Positions 25,301-37,168 of a stretch of 64,000 nucleotides of DNA are shown here, piece by piece. Source of the stretch: Phoronis australis (lineage: Eukaryota; Animalia; Phoronida); contig NMRA01000269.1 in NCBI GenBank assembly GCA_002633005.1, forward strand, positions 1-64,000. Reading direction: 5' to 3'. Below the pieces are notes generated by a model. That model did not search any database. It was not told where the DNA came from and saw only the letters and a list, made by a program, of their open reading frames with translations. Made by a program: the position numbers and the translations under genes. Each line of letters starts with the position of its first letter. The stretch's first letter is position 1.

Positions 25301-26468
25301 ACATCTTAAATGATGAAGATAACTTCGTGGGGGAAAGCGTCCAATCTCAAATCAAAGAGGTACTTTCACCTTTTTCCCGCAATTTCCAGTATCGCAAAAT
25401 GTACACCAAAGACATTGCCGTAGAAGGGAATGGTGTTCAACATTTATACTTCCACAAAGTTACCGAAAATCAACAAACACAGATGCTTACAGGGATGCAA
25501 TCTACGAAAAATTTAATTCCTTTTAAAAAACGCGGGCCTTCAGAGGAATGCCGCCTTTTGTCTCTAGGAAGACTTCTTTCCATCGTTCTCGTATCTAATT
25601 TAAGTATTTATATCTTTCTATCAAAAATTGGGAAATAAGACTCATGTATTTCAGTCGAACCAACCTGCAACGATAATCGTAACGTGTAACTTAAGTGTTT
25701 TTGAAAACTTATGCTCCCTCGATGTTCAAACTTGTACATTCTATGTAGAAAATGAGCATGGATTGTCTTATTTTTAAATACTGTAAACTTACGTTCACTC
25801 GTTGTTCCAGCTTGTAGATTCGCTCTGAAAAATTGACGGACAGCCTTTCAGTTTTACGTTGAATGTCGTCGTTTTTGTGCTTGTGTGCGAGCGTGTCAGT
25901 GTCGATTTTGCGATGCATCGTCATAAGCATCTACGACATCACGTTATTTTGTGGTCCAGCATGGTTTTCTCATAAGCAGGAATTTATGTTACAGTCCCTA
26001 TAGTTGTACTACGTAAATTATATAACCGTTGTTGTAGTTCAACGTGGATGATCTTACCCTTCTGTTTTAAGCTCGAATTTAAACTTCATTATGCAAAACA
26101 CGTACTCTGAAAGTTACACTATACATGTACAGGAAAGCTAAATATCATATCCAGGAAAAGTTTGATGAATAAATACAAAACAAAACACTTGTCTTCTTAT
26201 TCCAATCTTCACACGACAGTGCATTGCTATCAACCTTAGTTTTCTTTTGTTCCATGCTGTAGGCCTAATAAGGCTCAACTGGTGATTTTTCCATGTAATT
26301 TCTTAATTAATAGCTACAGTAACGAATACTTGCTTGTATTCAATATGACATAGATATCTACTACTGACCTCCTACTCCACAGCAGCAACCATCGGCGTTG
26401 GCGAACTTTGAATCCACCAACAGCAGTGCGAGAACGATCGCACTCAGAAGTTCAAACCAACGACCCAT
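19320..26468 (-). CDS. Secreted CTHRC1-C-terminal-domain protein lacking the collagen helix, copy B (190 aa, 6 coding exons)
   Basis: Exons 26468-26369, 25824-25793, 24815-24787, 24391-24328, 20084-19877 and 19459-19320, all GT-AG and phase-compatible (573 nt). Product: MGRWFELLSAIVLALLLVDSKFANADGCCCGVGERIYKLEQRVNELNTKIHRFSNRRYYYWYRAWSSGVDNGVIASMSFNKMNSHSWLRVTWSGVLG...RCNRWYFTFNGQEC...GPIDTIVY...FSGMC...VGRC...GNAETCYNSGCSVLIEELS. This matches CTHRC1 motifs (FTK..S.LRV.FSG, CQRWYFTFNGAEC, GDASTGWNS..RIIIEEL). AATAAA at 19263-19258. Confidence 0.85.
19550..19780 (-). repeat. Degenerate (GGT/GAT)n tract in the last intron of copy B
   Basis: Reverse-complement paralogue of 12550-12810. Confidence 0.8.
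21041..21157. repeat. ~117-bp hairpin MITE
   Basis: GGGTATAACGTGCCCGAATTTTGAGAACCAGT pairs with ACTGGTTCTAAAAATACGGGCACGTTATATCC. Confidence 0.7.
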
Positions 26469-26517
26469 CTTAGCAAAGGATGATGGAATAATTCGAATAG
26501 TAAATGTCACGGTTTCA

Positions 26518-26527
26518 TTTATATATA
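26518..26527 (-). promoter_or_regulatory. TATA box of copy B
   Basis: Minus strand TATATATAAA ~50 nt upstream of ATG 26468, in the same position as in copy A. Confidence 0.6.
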
Positions 26528-26675
26528 CGCTTTATGTGCCTAATAACCAAACTTCATGTTGTTGCTAAGGTGAAATGCGTTGCTCCAATGAAACCTTCTT
26601 CACCTCTTTGCCGATGTCGATGATTGGTCAGCGGTAATTTACGAATTACACCTCCTTGCTGGAACGGTCACCGGT

Positions 26676-26751
26676 CACCTCCTTAGTTACCGCCCACCTC
26701 CGTAGTCACCGCCCACCTCCTTAGTCACCGCTCACATCCTTACTCACCGCC
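26676..26751. repeat. 4 x 19-bp tandem repeat in the copy B promoter
   Basis: CACCTCCTTAGTTACCGCC / CACCTCCGTAGTCACCGCC / CACCTCCTTAGTCACCGCT / CACATCCTTACTCACCGCC. Confidence 0.85.
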
Positions 26752-26849
26752 CATATATCGCCTGTTCTAGACACATTCATGAACACGAACCTGTCATGCT
26801 TGAACAGGTCTTACTTTTTAGTAATACCGTGTCGGATACTGTTTTGTTT

Positions 26850-27190
26850 TTGCTGCTAAAGCTGCTAGTATTGTATACTACCGCACTGGTACTGCTACTG
26901 TTTAGTGTTAAAACTGTTATGACTGTTACTGTTACTGTTATTATTGATGCTGTTGCTACTACTACTGCTGTTACAAATGCTAGTCATAACACTGCTGCAA
27001 TTGCTGCTGCTAACATTGCTACCGGTAATAATACTATTATTGCTACTGTTTATGTTAAACCTGGTGTCACTGCTACTGCTGTTGCTATTGCTGCTGCTGT
27101 TTCAACGACCACTACTACTACGACCCCCACCTTCATTATTACTGCTTCTACTACTAATCTTCTTCCTCATATTGTTGTTGCTGCTGTACT
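26850..27190. repeat. Degenerate (CTG/CTA/TTG)n trinucleotide tract
   Basis: Gives rise to poly-L and poly-T/A spurious ORFs. Confidence 0.85.
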
Positions 27191-30098
27191 TAGCGCGTAC
27201 CGGTGAAATACCCTATGTTCAGTCGCCAGTGTATCTGGTATTTTGTGCTTGGGGATATGCCAATTGCTATTCAAGAACTATGGTGTTGCTCTTGATTGTC
27301 AAAGTCTTAGGGCAGTGAGCGAGGGGAATTGGCAGTGTGTGTTACGGCGGGAGTTGGAGTGGAACCACAGTTGAGGTCGGATGTGTTTTAGGTGTTGAAA
27401 CAAATAGTAATAGGACCGTGGGAAGACCACGAAAAGATGGTAGACGAGCAGTAGACGCTGTGAGGCTGTTCAGACCAACACCAAAAAGATAACAAGGCAG
27501 TGAACTTTGAGTAGGCCGTGTCAGAACACTGTTGATGAGTTTATACAAATTACAAGTCCGATTGCGGTATATAATTTGCAAAAAAGACACACCTGTGACA
27601 CAGTCATTTGCTTTTTAAAATTTTGTGTTGCAAGTAATTGAAATATTTAGTTAGCCATACAACCTAAAATGATGTACCTGTAAATCATTTGTGAATAAGA
27701 ACAAGATTTGGACAGTAATCATTTAAAAAACCGTACATTAAATCAGATCTTAGCCAAAGTAAGATTAAAAACCGGACGATCGCCGCACAAACGAAAAAGT
27801 TCATGATAAATCAATGTTTCGTCTATTCGTTAGACATCATCAGGATATTTACATAGGGCAACAAGTGCCAACATACATCTCAGGTGACATCCATGAAGTG
27901 AAGTGAGAGATACAGAGTAGTCAGTGACCCTGAAACTATGGTGATGACCAGCTTCAATAGAAGGTAACCCAATAAAAGTGCACCAAAATTCAATCAACAA
28001 AGGAACAGCGTAATCACAAAATCCCAAATAATTTGAATACGTGACGTCCTGGCTGGCAAAAAAAAGGAAAATAAAATCTGAAATCCCATTCAAAACTCTA
28101 AATTCCACAAAATTTTGGATCAATTTCAAATTTTGCATTTTTTCTGAAATCGAAAGTCAAATACTTCAAAATCGATAAGTCTGAGAAAAAAATTGTTACA
28201 GTTCATTTGAAAGAATATAACTAAGAAAATCCACATGCAAAACTTCACGTCATTTGATCTTCCCATTCAAAATGGGACACTAGCACGGATTGAAATCTGA
28301 TGAAAATGTGCCAGATCCGACATTTTGAAAAGAACTTACGGTTAAGCAGGATTCGATAATAGCTAGTTACAGGAAACTAACACATAAAAAATTTCGAAGC
28401 AACTGATTTTACACTGCGCCCTCTACAAGAGGAAACTTTTTCCTCTCGAAATCGAGGTGTGCATTCGTAATGGCCGATATTTTTGCCATACTATTATCCG
28501 GAAATAAATGATTTCAGGCTCATCAGTAGTACAGTAACTGTACCAATTTTCAGTCGTGTACGTCAAAAATTGCGGCCTTTATGAGTATTTGAATCTACAA
28601 TCAAAAAGAAAATGGCGAAAAACAATAGGCTTCCAGATTTTTTAGAACTACAAGTTGTGTGTAAATTTCGTGCGGATCGGACGAAAATTGCGAGCTGCAG
28701 CGGGCGAACAAACACAAAAAATTAGTGTCAGAGCAACAGAAAAATTTTCGTCGAGTAATAACAACAAATATAAAGAGACTGGTTACTGACACATAACAAA
28801 ATTACAGCATAATACATTGGACATTGAACGATCTTCTTGCAAGTACACAGACGAGGAAACACCCATAAACACAAAGACAAAGAGAGACTATATCAATGAG
28901 AATGAGGAATAATTAAAATTTAAACTTTCTACTATCAATAAAAGTGGATTTTATTTTATTCAGGTATAAATTATGAATCATAAAGTAAAAATGACGTACC
29001 TTGTTTAATAGGTAATGTGTGGTAAACGGAGGAGACATCACTGTTTGATTCAAGGGCCTGGAAGGGATTGGCACGATCTCTTCGGTCGACAGAACATCTA
29101 AGAAAAAATGTTTTAAAAAACTACTCAAGGAGTTATGTAAATCAGAAACCAGTGAACCCTTGCAAGTTACCAGACGGAAGAAAATAATCCTAGTTGGCAC
29201 GTTGGGCCGTCACATGACTGCACAATATCAAACCTCAAGGCACACACAACACGCCTTTGTAGTTAATTACATGTTGTTAATTACTGTAGCTCCAATTGAA
29301 GGCTTTCTCAATTGTTTAATTTACCCAATGTGATTTTGGAGGAATTCCCTAAAGCATTCACTCAGAGCTTGATTGGAAGCCGGAAGCGCATGAGCGACGG
29401 GACATCCCACGATGGGGCAGGGGGTACTCGTGTTACAGGAATTCTGGTTCATTCAAGTGTTACAGTGTTACCGATGCTGTCATCAAGGGCCCCTTCTTTA
29501 GGTTCCTATCAGTTCATTTCAAGTGATCTCGGAGTTTTTCGAACTATGTCCGATTAAGAGAACGTTTTAAGTGGTGTTTAGACAATCTGAATTGCGAAAA
29601 TGTTCTGGCCACACCAAAGCACTGATAGTTAGCAATTGTTCTGTTTGGTTTCTATCTGCTGTTTTTCTTTTCTCGGTTGCTCCCAGCCCTACGCCTATGC
29701 CGGTTGCCACGGTTTTATTACGGCGCCTGCAAATTGTTGGGGGATGGGAGGGCACATTCCTCACTCGATGGTCAATTGTAATGTGGCAGTCGCAATTTCA
29801 CACGTTATTTATACAACACTAAACATGAAAGCAGGATTTGTTCCAGAAACATTTTGTTCGGTCTTTAAACGTCACATCTGAAACGTGGCGGAAAACGGAA
29901 ACCATAAAGCGCTCCAGTCAGTGACTATGACAAGTCGATGGTTTTTGAATATTACGATATTAACATCATGTAGTTTGTCTCACGAGTGGATTTGGACTTT
30001 GGGAGGGTGCTATTCAATGTGCAGGCTCGTGTTTTGTTGACGTAATTTTTCGACAGCGTTTTGAGAACTAATAAACCTTAGAAAATACTTGCCAGGAT

Positions 30099-30246
30099 CA
30101 TGGGCGGCGCAGCTTTGAAAAAGTGGGGACTATAGTCCCCCCAGCACCCCCCCCCCTGTGGTGCAACGCTCATAGACCATGGGGGGCGCAGCACTGAAAA
30201 GATTAGAGGCTACCGCCCCCCAGCCCTCTATGGTGCGCCGCCCATG
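30099..30246. mobile_element. Tandem pair of ~70-bp GC-rich MITE units
   Basis: Outer TIR CATGGGCGGCGCA...TGCGCCGCCCATG. A second CATGGGGGGCGCAGC start lies at ~30178. Confidence 0.55.
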
Positions 30247-31689
30247 AGAATACTTCCGTTCTGCTATAACAACGTGAACGTATGAGTGAGTAGATTATGA
30301 TTTCACGTATATTAAAATTTACTTTCAGTTACTGCAAGAGGAAGTCGAAGATTATTTACAACACAAACATTTCGTACGAAATTCCAGGAGATTGTTTTTT
30401 TAAACGCATTTTTCAACAAGGGAAGTTTCCATAAGCTAAGGCTTCCTCCGTGGCATCTTTGAGCTTGCCGAATGAGCCCGTGGGGGTTTTATGTTGGTGG
30501 AAATCCCCGGAGGTTTTGTGACCTGTGTATTTCAGTAATTAGGATGAATTTGCGTCTTATATAGCAAGAAAAAATGTCCATGTAAGTTCCAAAATGACTA
30601 TTGCCATTCATGCAAGTCGGATGAATTCAATTTTAATGATGTTTACGAGAACAGCCTGAGCAACACAATAGGAATGGTGTACAGTAAGAAGTGGTGTCGT
30701 GTAGAGGCAGGCACGGGACGTTGTTATGAACTGAATTGACCTGATATACAGTTATTTATGTAGACGCGCATAAAATTACACTTCAGCGCATCTCAACGTG
30801 ACATAAGTAACATGCACATTTCAACACAAGTTATGCACCAATGCAGAGACGTTAAACCTTGGAGGTACTCGAATTTTTTTAGGGGAAGTGTGGCGCTAAG
30901 AAATCAGGATTCCCATCACTGTAATATAGAAATAATGGGATAGAGATTCGCCTTGTAGAGAATTATCGCGAATTAAAGGAACCAGTTTTTAAGACATCTG
31001 TATGGAAACGTCATCCTTTCGTATGGAGGGGAAGGGAGCCAGGGAAGCATGGAACATGGGAGGGAGGAAAGGGAGGGGAAGGAGGTAATGTGATATCTGA
31101 TAAATTTTGAATGTATTAAGTGTGACGTTCCTTATAACGATGGCAGCAATATTGAGCGGTATTCAGTGTAGTCAGAATCAAGATTTCTCGAGTTCTAGTG
31201 ATTTATTGGTCACTCTGGTCTAAAATGAATTTTAATTCCACTTAAAAGTAGTCATAATTAAACATGAAGAGGTTGAGGGAAAGAGATAGCAAAATGAGGA
31301 GTGTAAAACAATGAAGTAATGAAAGCTGGATTTTTCTGAAAGCATTTGTCGAACCTCATTGTTTACAGATATGGAAATTACCCAAAAATTCCTGACGCGA
31401 TATTTTCTGGAATTCCAGGGTCAAATATACCCAGTGAGCCCAAAAAATGCATTTTGGGGCTGGTGGCAATGTTTGATATACTGCAGTGACTTCATCTACT
31501 TTTTACATTAAATATATATATCACAATAATTTCACTGTTACATAAAGTAATTCAGAAAAATGTCACGGTGTTATTTCAGTGATTTTTGTAAACAAAGCTT
31601 AAAAACGGAAAGACTCATTTGACATCTTTGAACTCAAAGCAAAGTTTTTCTGATAATACCTCAAAAACTGTTCATTCCACTCACTTGTT

Positions 31690-31791
31690 AATTTGAATTG
31701 TGTTTACATGGAAAGATTTGGTGATGATAAGTCAAAGACAAATTTAAATTGTGTTTACATTTAAAGATTTGATGATGATAAGTCAAAGACA
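31690..31791 (+). repeat. 2 x 51-bp tandem duplication
   Basis: AATTT(G/A)AATTGTGTTTACAT..AAAGATTTG.TGATGATAAGTCAAAGACA occurs twice. Confidence 0.85.
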
Positions 31792-32703
31792 TGTCTATTC
31801 CAGCCATTAGTGATAAATATATAATTGACCTAATTGCTCACCCAGTTATAGTTTCCAATACTCATCTTGAACATTCAGCCCCATGGACGGTGTTTTATTT
31901 TCTTGATCATTATCATACCTAAGTAATTATGCTTTTCTTGAAACGTTACACATTTTAAATGCCTGCGTGAGCGCAAGCACTTTTCTAAATCAGAAGTTAT
32001 AAAACATGCTTTTAATTTGCAATTCTGTACTACGTTATCCTGAGAAACATACAAATTCTTATGATGAACATAAACATATTGCCTCTACACTTTTTATCAT
32101 TAAATATGTGTAAATATGAAAACAATACATTTAATTAATCAATTCATTAGAAAATTATTTATATGATTAAACTTTAAATTAAATGTCCTTAACTCATGTA
32201 CATGCCACATTTGTCTGATGTACAACGGTACACGTACTTGCAAAGGTGGATTTGATTCAACATTGGCAATCGTTATAGTTAAACAGCCATTAGAAAAAAT
32301 AAGTACCACTAATTAACCATGTTTGTATTGTAATTTCAAGTACATTCACAATAATTAAGTGAATGGTTTGCATGTTGTTTCCATCCCTTTCAGCAGGTTG
32401 TACAGTTATATCACGAAAGGATTGCGAGGCCATGCCATTTGAGCACATAGTTCCCTACACACGCAAGACAACTATTAGAACAAATGTTTCAACAGGTGAA
32501 AGAACTTAATTATTTAGTAATTATTACCAAATGGTAAACAACTAGATTTTATCATGTGAGCCAGGCAGTTAAATACAGCAGAACAATCTATTTCACTTAA
32601 CAAATAGGTGGAAAACATTACTGACACGAAACAAAGTTGACCTCTCTGCTTTTTTACTCAGTGTCTCATTCATACTGAACCTAACCCTATTCTGTGTCCT
32701 AAA

Positions 32704-34381
32704 AGGAGAATGCCACCACTCTTTTTACCATCTTAATCGGTCTATATCCATATCATTTCGTGTCGCGTTAACCTGTGAGGAAGGTGAAACACGCAGCGAC
32801 GTCATTAGTTCTTCTGCAGAGTGAGTGCCGTTATGGTGTAGTTTATCGTTCCCGCTTGCCCACGAAATATGGAGCTGCGATGAATGCGGATATATCGTTT
32901 ATTCAATTTCTTCGAGAGCCCAAAATGCTTCGAAAGCGGCTCCCTGGATTGAAGAATGAAAAGTACGCCGTTAATACCAAGTATGAGGCCGTGAAACATC
33001 TCCTTTCCGCGGCCGTTGCCGGCGTTTCGTCGACAAGAAGGCATTTTACTTGCGGAATTTCGTGGCAGCAAACGCGTCAATCGTTTCCATTATCGTGCAG
33101 TTAGCGTGATGACACCATGACAAGTCATTCGATTTTTGGAGCTATCTGTACGCTACGTTGCCTGCTGCACGTTCACGGCGCTACTCTAGTATTTCTTGAT
33201 CAGTGTATTCCGGTTCGAACTGATAGCCTGTGAAATCTTTCGATCGACCTTTGAAGTCTTTGTCGGATGAGTACTCGTCGGGATTGCATATTACTGTGCG
33301 TTCTTTTTCAAAATGAATTATTCTCATCCTAACCTGCAGTGCTGTTATATAAAACTGAAACGAAGTGTCAAAGTCGGTCTCATTAGATACAATATATTTG
33401 TAATGCCTTTAGAGTGTTCAAATGTTTTGAGAAGCCAGCAATTAATAAATCACGGCGTTACCGGCTTTAGATGCACTAAAGCTAATTGACCGAGCACGGA
33501 GGCCGTGTGAGCGCCCGCTAATTCAGTCTTTGCTGATAGAAAGCTGTTGTAAAACAGTAACTCGATTTTATATGCTATGGTCAGATGTTAAGAGAACCTT
33601 TATTTAGTTATATTTCATTATTCAAGTCATTGTTATAGTACAAGTTTTGGCCTGACGCTTCTGTGGAAGGGGAGCATGATTTCGCGGGTCCCGACGAGTA
33701 ATTAGATTTCCAGGTTCGCGGCTAATTCACCAGAACAATCACGTGCATGTTATTTGTTTGGCTCACTATTATAAAATTTTTGTGACTGGAAGCTTAGTTT
33801 CAAATTTTGGTTTATGTTCGTGACGTCTTGAGTCCGGCCGAGACGGGCCGGCCGGATCCGGGTTCCGCGCCACTGGCCGAGTTAACAAGCGTTTTGTGTG
33901 TTTAGAACTGAAAAAATCGCAAGCCTAAAATGGCAACACACAGCTATGTCTTCTTGTCTGTATTTCACGGAGGAATAATTCGAATTTATCACCAAGCAGA
34001 TCCCAAATTTCCCCGACCGACCTTGGTAAATTGGCTTATCAAACTTTGTAGGCTGCGGTACCTTCAAATACCTATAAATCCGTAACAGTGAAATAAAATG
34101 ACACGTTTGTTCAAGAACTCGATGTATTTGTAAGAGTTTTACATCGAATTTTGATGATTTATTGGGGTGAAAGGATGAATTCAAGCGATAAGCTGACACC
34201 AGTAAGTGTGTTGTAAACTGCTGAACAGATTGCGTTCGAACCTCTGACGTCATTGGTTAATTTCAACACCGCTGTCTGCCGTCAGGTGTCAGGTAAAAGA
34301 ACTGAACTTGCCATTATCGAGTGGAACTACTCGATCTAAATTGACGCGAAATATAAGTTGTTTTGGGGGTGACATTCTCCT
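32704..34381. mobile_element. Kolobok-like non-autonomous DNA transposon, both ends present (~1.68 kb)
   Basis: TIR AGGAGAATGCCACC / GGTGACATTCTCCT, flanked by TAAA and TTAA. Contains a degenerate THAP (+) and GYQFEPEYTD (-). Homologous to 7261-8334 and 46290-46675. Confidence 0.7.
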
Positions 34382-34959
34382 TTAACTGTACAAAAACAAT
34401 GTGGCGTGCAACGTCAGTTTTTTATAAAAACATAAAGTTCTGACATTATTAATTGCAATAAACATTAGAAAAAGTAGTATCACATAAAGCAAATAGAGCT
34501 ACCACAACTTAGTCTACGTGTTCACTGCGAGGTTTTTTGGTCTCTCCCATGTAATTTACATTATCTCAATCTCATAAATTGCACATATCTCTTTACTATT
34601 ATTGCAGTTTGCTCTTTTGTAGGTAATTTGTTATGGAGAGCTGCTCACACTGTGAAAACCCCATTTCTTCAGATCATTGGCATATCCAAGAAAGATCCAG
34701 GGGCCCGCTCTCTCCAAGAAAACTGACTCAGTTAAAGCAAATCTTATAATTTCAGTCAAGTTTAAGATAAAACTTCAATTTGCCTCAAGTCGGTTTCAAG
34801 AAAGAGATCTTATATTTGACTTATTTTTTTTACTTAAGTTTTGTCTTAATTTTGACTAACTTACCGGATGTGAAACTTTCAATGTTTGGAAGTTGAGATA
34901 AATTTTAGACTTACTCAAAAATGAACTTAAGTCCGTTTCTTAGAACAGGCGCAAGGACT

Positions 34960-36030
34960 TGGGAATCAGTAAACACGTGACTGTTGGGGTTGCTTACAAG
35001 CTTAAAAGTACCCATTTCTGCTCACGATTCACGCAGACAAAACTACAGCAAATCTTCAACAAACGGATAGGAAAAGATGACACCAGTTGTACGCAGATGG
35101 TTTGCCGCACGTTACAAACGCCAGTCTCCAATGTGAGGTCCGACTGCTTGTATTGTTGACATTCCATTGCTATACAGCAGGCGCGGACATTAAGCTTGGT
35201 CAACTCAGTAACAGAAAAACATGCAACGAAAGACGTGGCTCTTTTGGACAGAGAGTAAGAAAAACCATTCAAAACTTCGAAAACCTTAAAACTTCAGAGG
35301 TAAAGTATCACCACCACTGTCAAGTTATGTTTTATGGTAGGAGGCATCTTCAATGTGGAATAAAAGGACGTACACCTGTTGCGACTTCTGATGCAAAGTA
35401 GGACATGTTTCTAAAGCTCTGTTGATACCTGGATGCATGTGAGGGATGCCAGCATGCACTGAGCGAGATGATAGATCAGTTGAACATGAAAACATTGTGG
35501 ACGCAACAGAACTGTGTTGTGAAAGCATCAGCCTACACACTTTTGGGAAAAGAAGCTATGAATTGCGAGCTGGTTCTCAGCAAAGTGGCCTTAGTAAAAC
35601 AATATCAAAAATGACAGCAACAGTGATAAAAGTTTTGTTAACTGTCCAGCAGTAAACATTCAAATTATCATTTCAGATCAGATAAAACAACACTTCGAGG
35701 TAATGCCATGGTTCACAGCATTATTCATTGCCTCTAACATCCGCTGTTTCATAGTTTCACTGGTACAGAACTTTCAGGCGTGAGTGGGGAACATATAGGG
35801 ATCTTAGACCAACAGACTGGGGATGGAGGCTAGTTAACGGAATGCTGTCGCCAATTAGTACTGATGCTCCGAGAGGATTCTGAACATTGTCATTTGTAGT
35901 TGCAATGTGGTCTTTAGAAGAAGGTGCAAATGACAGAAAGCTGGTTTGTTTTGTACTGAAGGGTATTCATCCAGTTTTGATCAAACATTTAAAAATTCGG
36001 TGCCTACACCTTCTGAAGCGATTGTGTAGA
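34960..36030 (+). pseudogene. Decayed DNA-transposase C-terminus with a Cys-rich CXC-type finger (Academ-like)
   Basis: Frame-broken remnants LPLTSA..FH..R, LRPTDWGWRLVNGMLSPISTDAP and ILNIVICSC...RRCK..KAGLFCTE. The family assignment is recalled from motifs only. Confidence 0.5.
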
Positions 36031-36037
36031 AATAGAC

Positions 36038-37045
36038 TTCAAATGTGAGCAATGCTAGCATTTTGACATCTTATATAGTTAATACAGTAATAAGATTATG
36101 TCATTACTACGGCTAAAGTTATTATTATATTCCTTATCAAGCTTGCTCAGCTTTCAGGATTCCGTCTGGTGGCCATTTTTACCACCACTTTGGATATGTT
36201 TTATTGCTTAAATTGTAAACGCCATTAATCATTTGCATTTAGCTCACACCATATAAAATAAAACATAAGAAAAACACAAAAATGTAGAAAAACGACCTCT
36301 AAATGACATCGATCTTTCAGTAAAGGTAAGAATCTTCCTATAATCCTACAATAAAGCAAGCCCAATATTAGCAATTTAAGTCATTCTGATCTTTAATTCA
36401 AGCTTAGCAAGCAAGTTTTACAATGTGGTTTAAGAAGAAGGTACATTTCACCTCACTTACGTAAATTAGGCTGATGCAAAACCCAGGGCCGGAAATTTTT
36501 GTTGCCTACAACTTCTGGAGTGAACGAGTAGACAGGGGCTTCTAATGTGAGCAGTGTTTTGTTTTGACATAATACACAGTTATTATACTATTGAGATTAT
36601 ATCATGTAGTCTTGTTTACTACGCCTAAAATTATTTTATGTGTTTTTAAGTATTTAAGAATTTTCATTTTTTCGCCTAGCGACCAATTTATCCACTATCT
36701 TGGATGTTTTTAATGGTTTGATACTTAAATAATATTGTAAAGCCAAAGTGTCACCGATATTTCAAATTCCACTAAGCACAAACCGTTATATAATGAAACA
36801 CAAGAAAATACACACATCTAGAAAATTTTCGCTTTTGACCTCTAAATGACCTTGACCTCGACCTTTCAGCAGCTCAAAGCATTCCCAAAAATAAGGTAAG
36901 CCCACTATTATCAATTTAAGCCACCCTGACCTTCCGTTGAAACTGACAAACGAGTTTACATTGTGATTTAAGGAGAAAGTCCATTTCACCTTATTAATAT
37001 GAAAATTAGGCTAATTATGCAAAACCCCGGGGCGGGAATTTAGGG
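36038..37045 (+). repeat. Two diverged ~480-bp direct repeat units (probably subterminal region of the Academ-like element)
   Basis: Both begin TTC(A/T)AATGTGAGCA..TTTTGACAT and end AAATTAGGCT..ATGCAAAACCC.GGG (36038-36500, 36540-37045). Confidence 0.6.
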
Positions 37046-37168
37046 TAATTTACTACTTTTTATCGGATTCTCACTAGGAACCATTGTTAATTAAGTAATC
37101 AACTACAAAGAGTAACTACGCTAGCGCCCTCTTTAAAGATTACTTTAATGAAACAACCAAAACAATCG

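Noticed and set aside
26676-26751. CRISPR-like short repeats
   Set aside because: The repeats are contiguous with no spacers, and the context is eukaryotic.
26796-27318. Poly-Leu and Thr/Ala-rich membrane-protein-like ORFs
   Set aside because: Microsatellite-derived low complexity with no splice or homology support.
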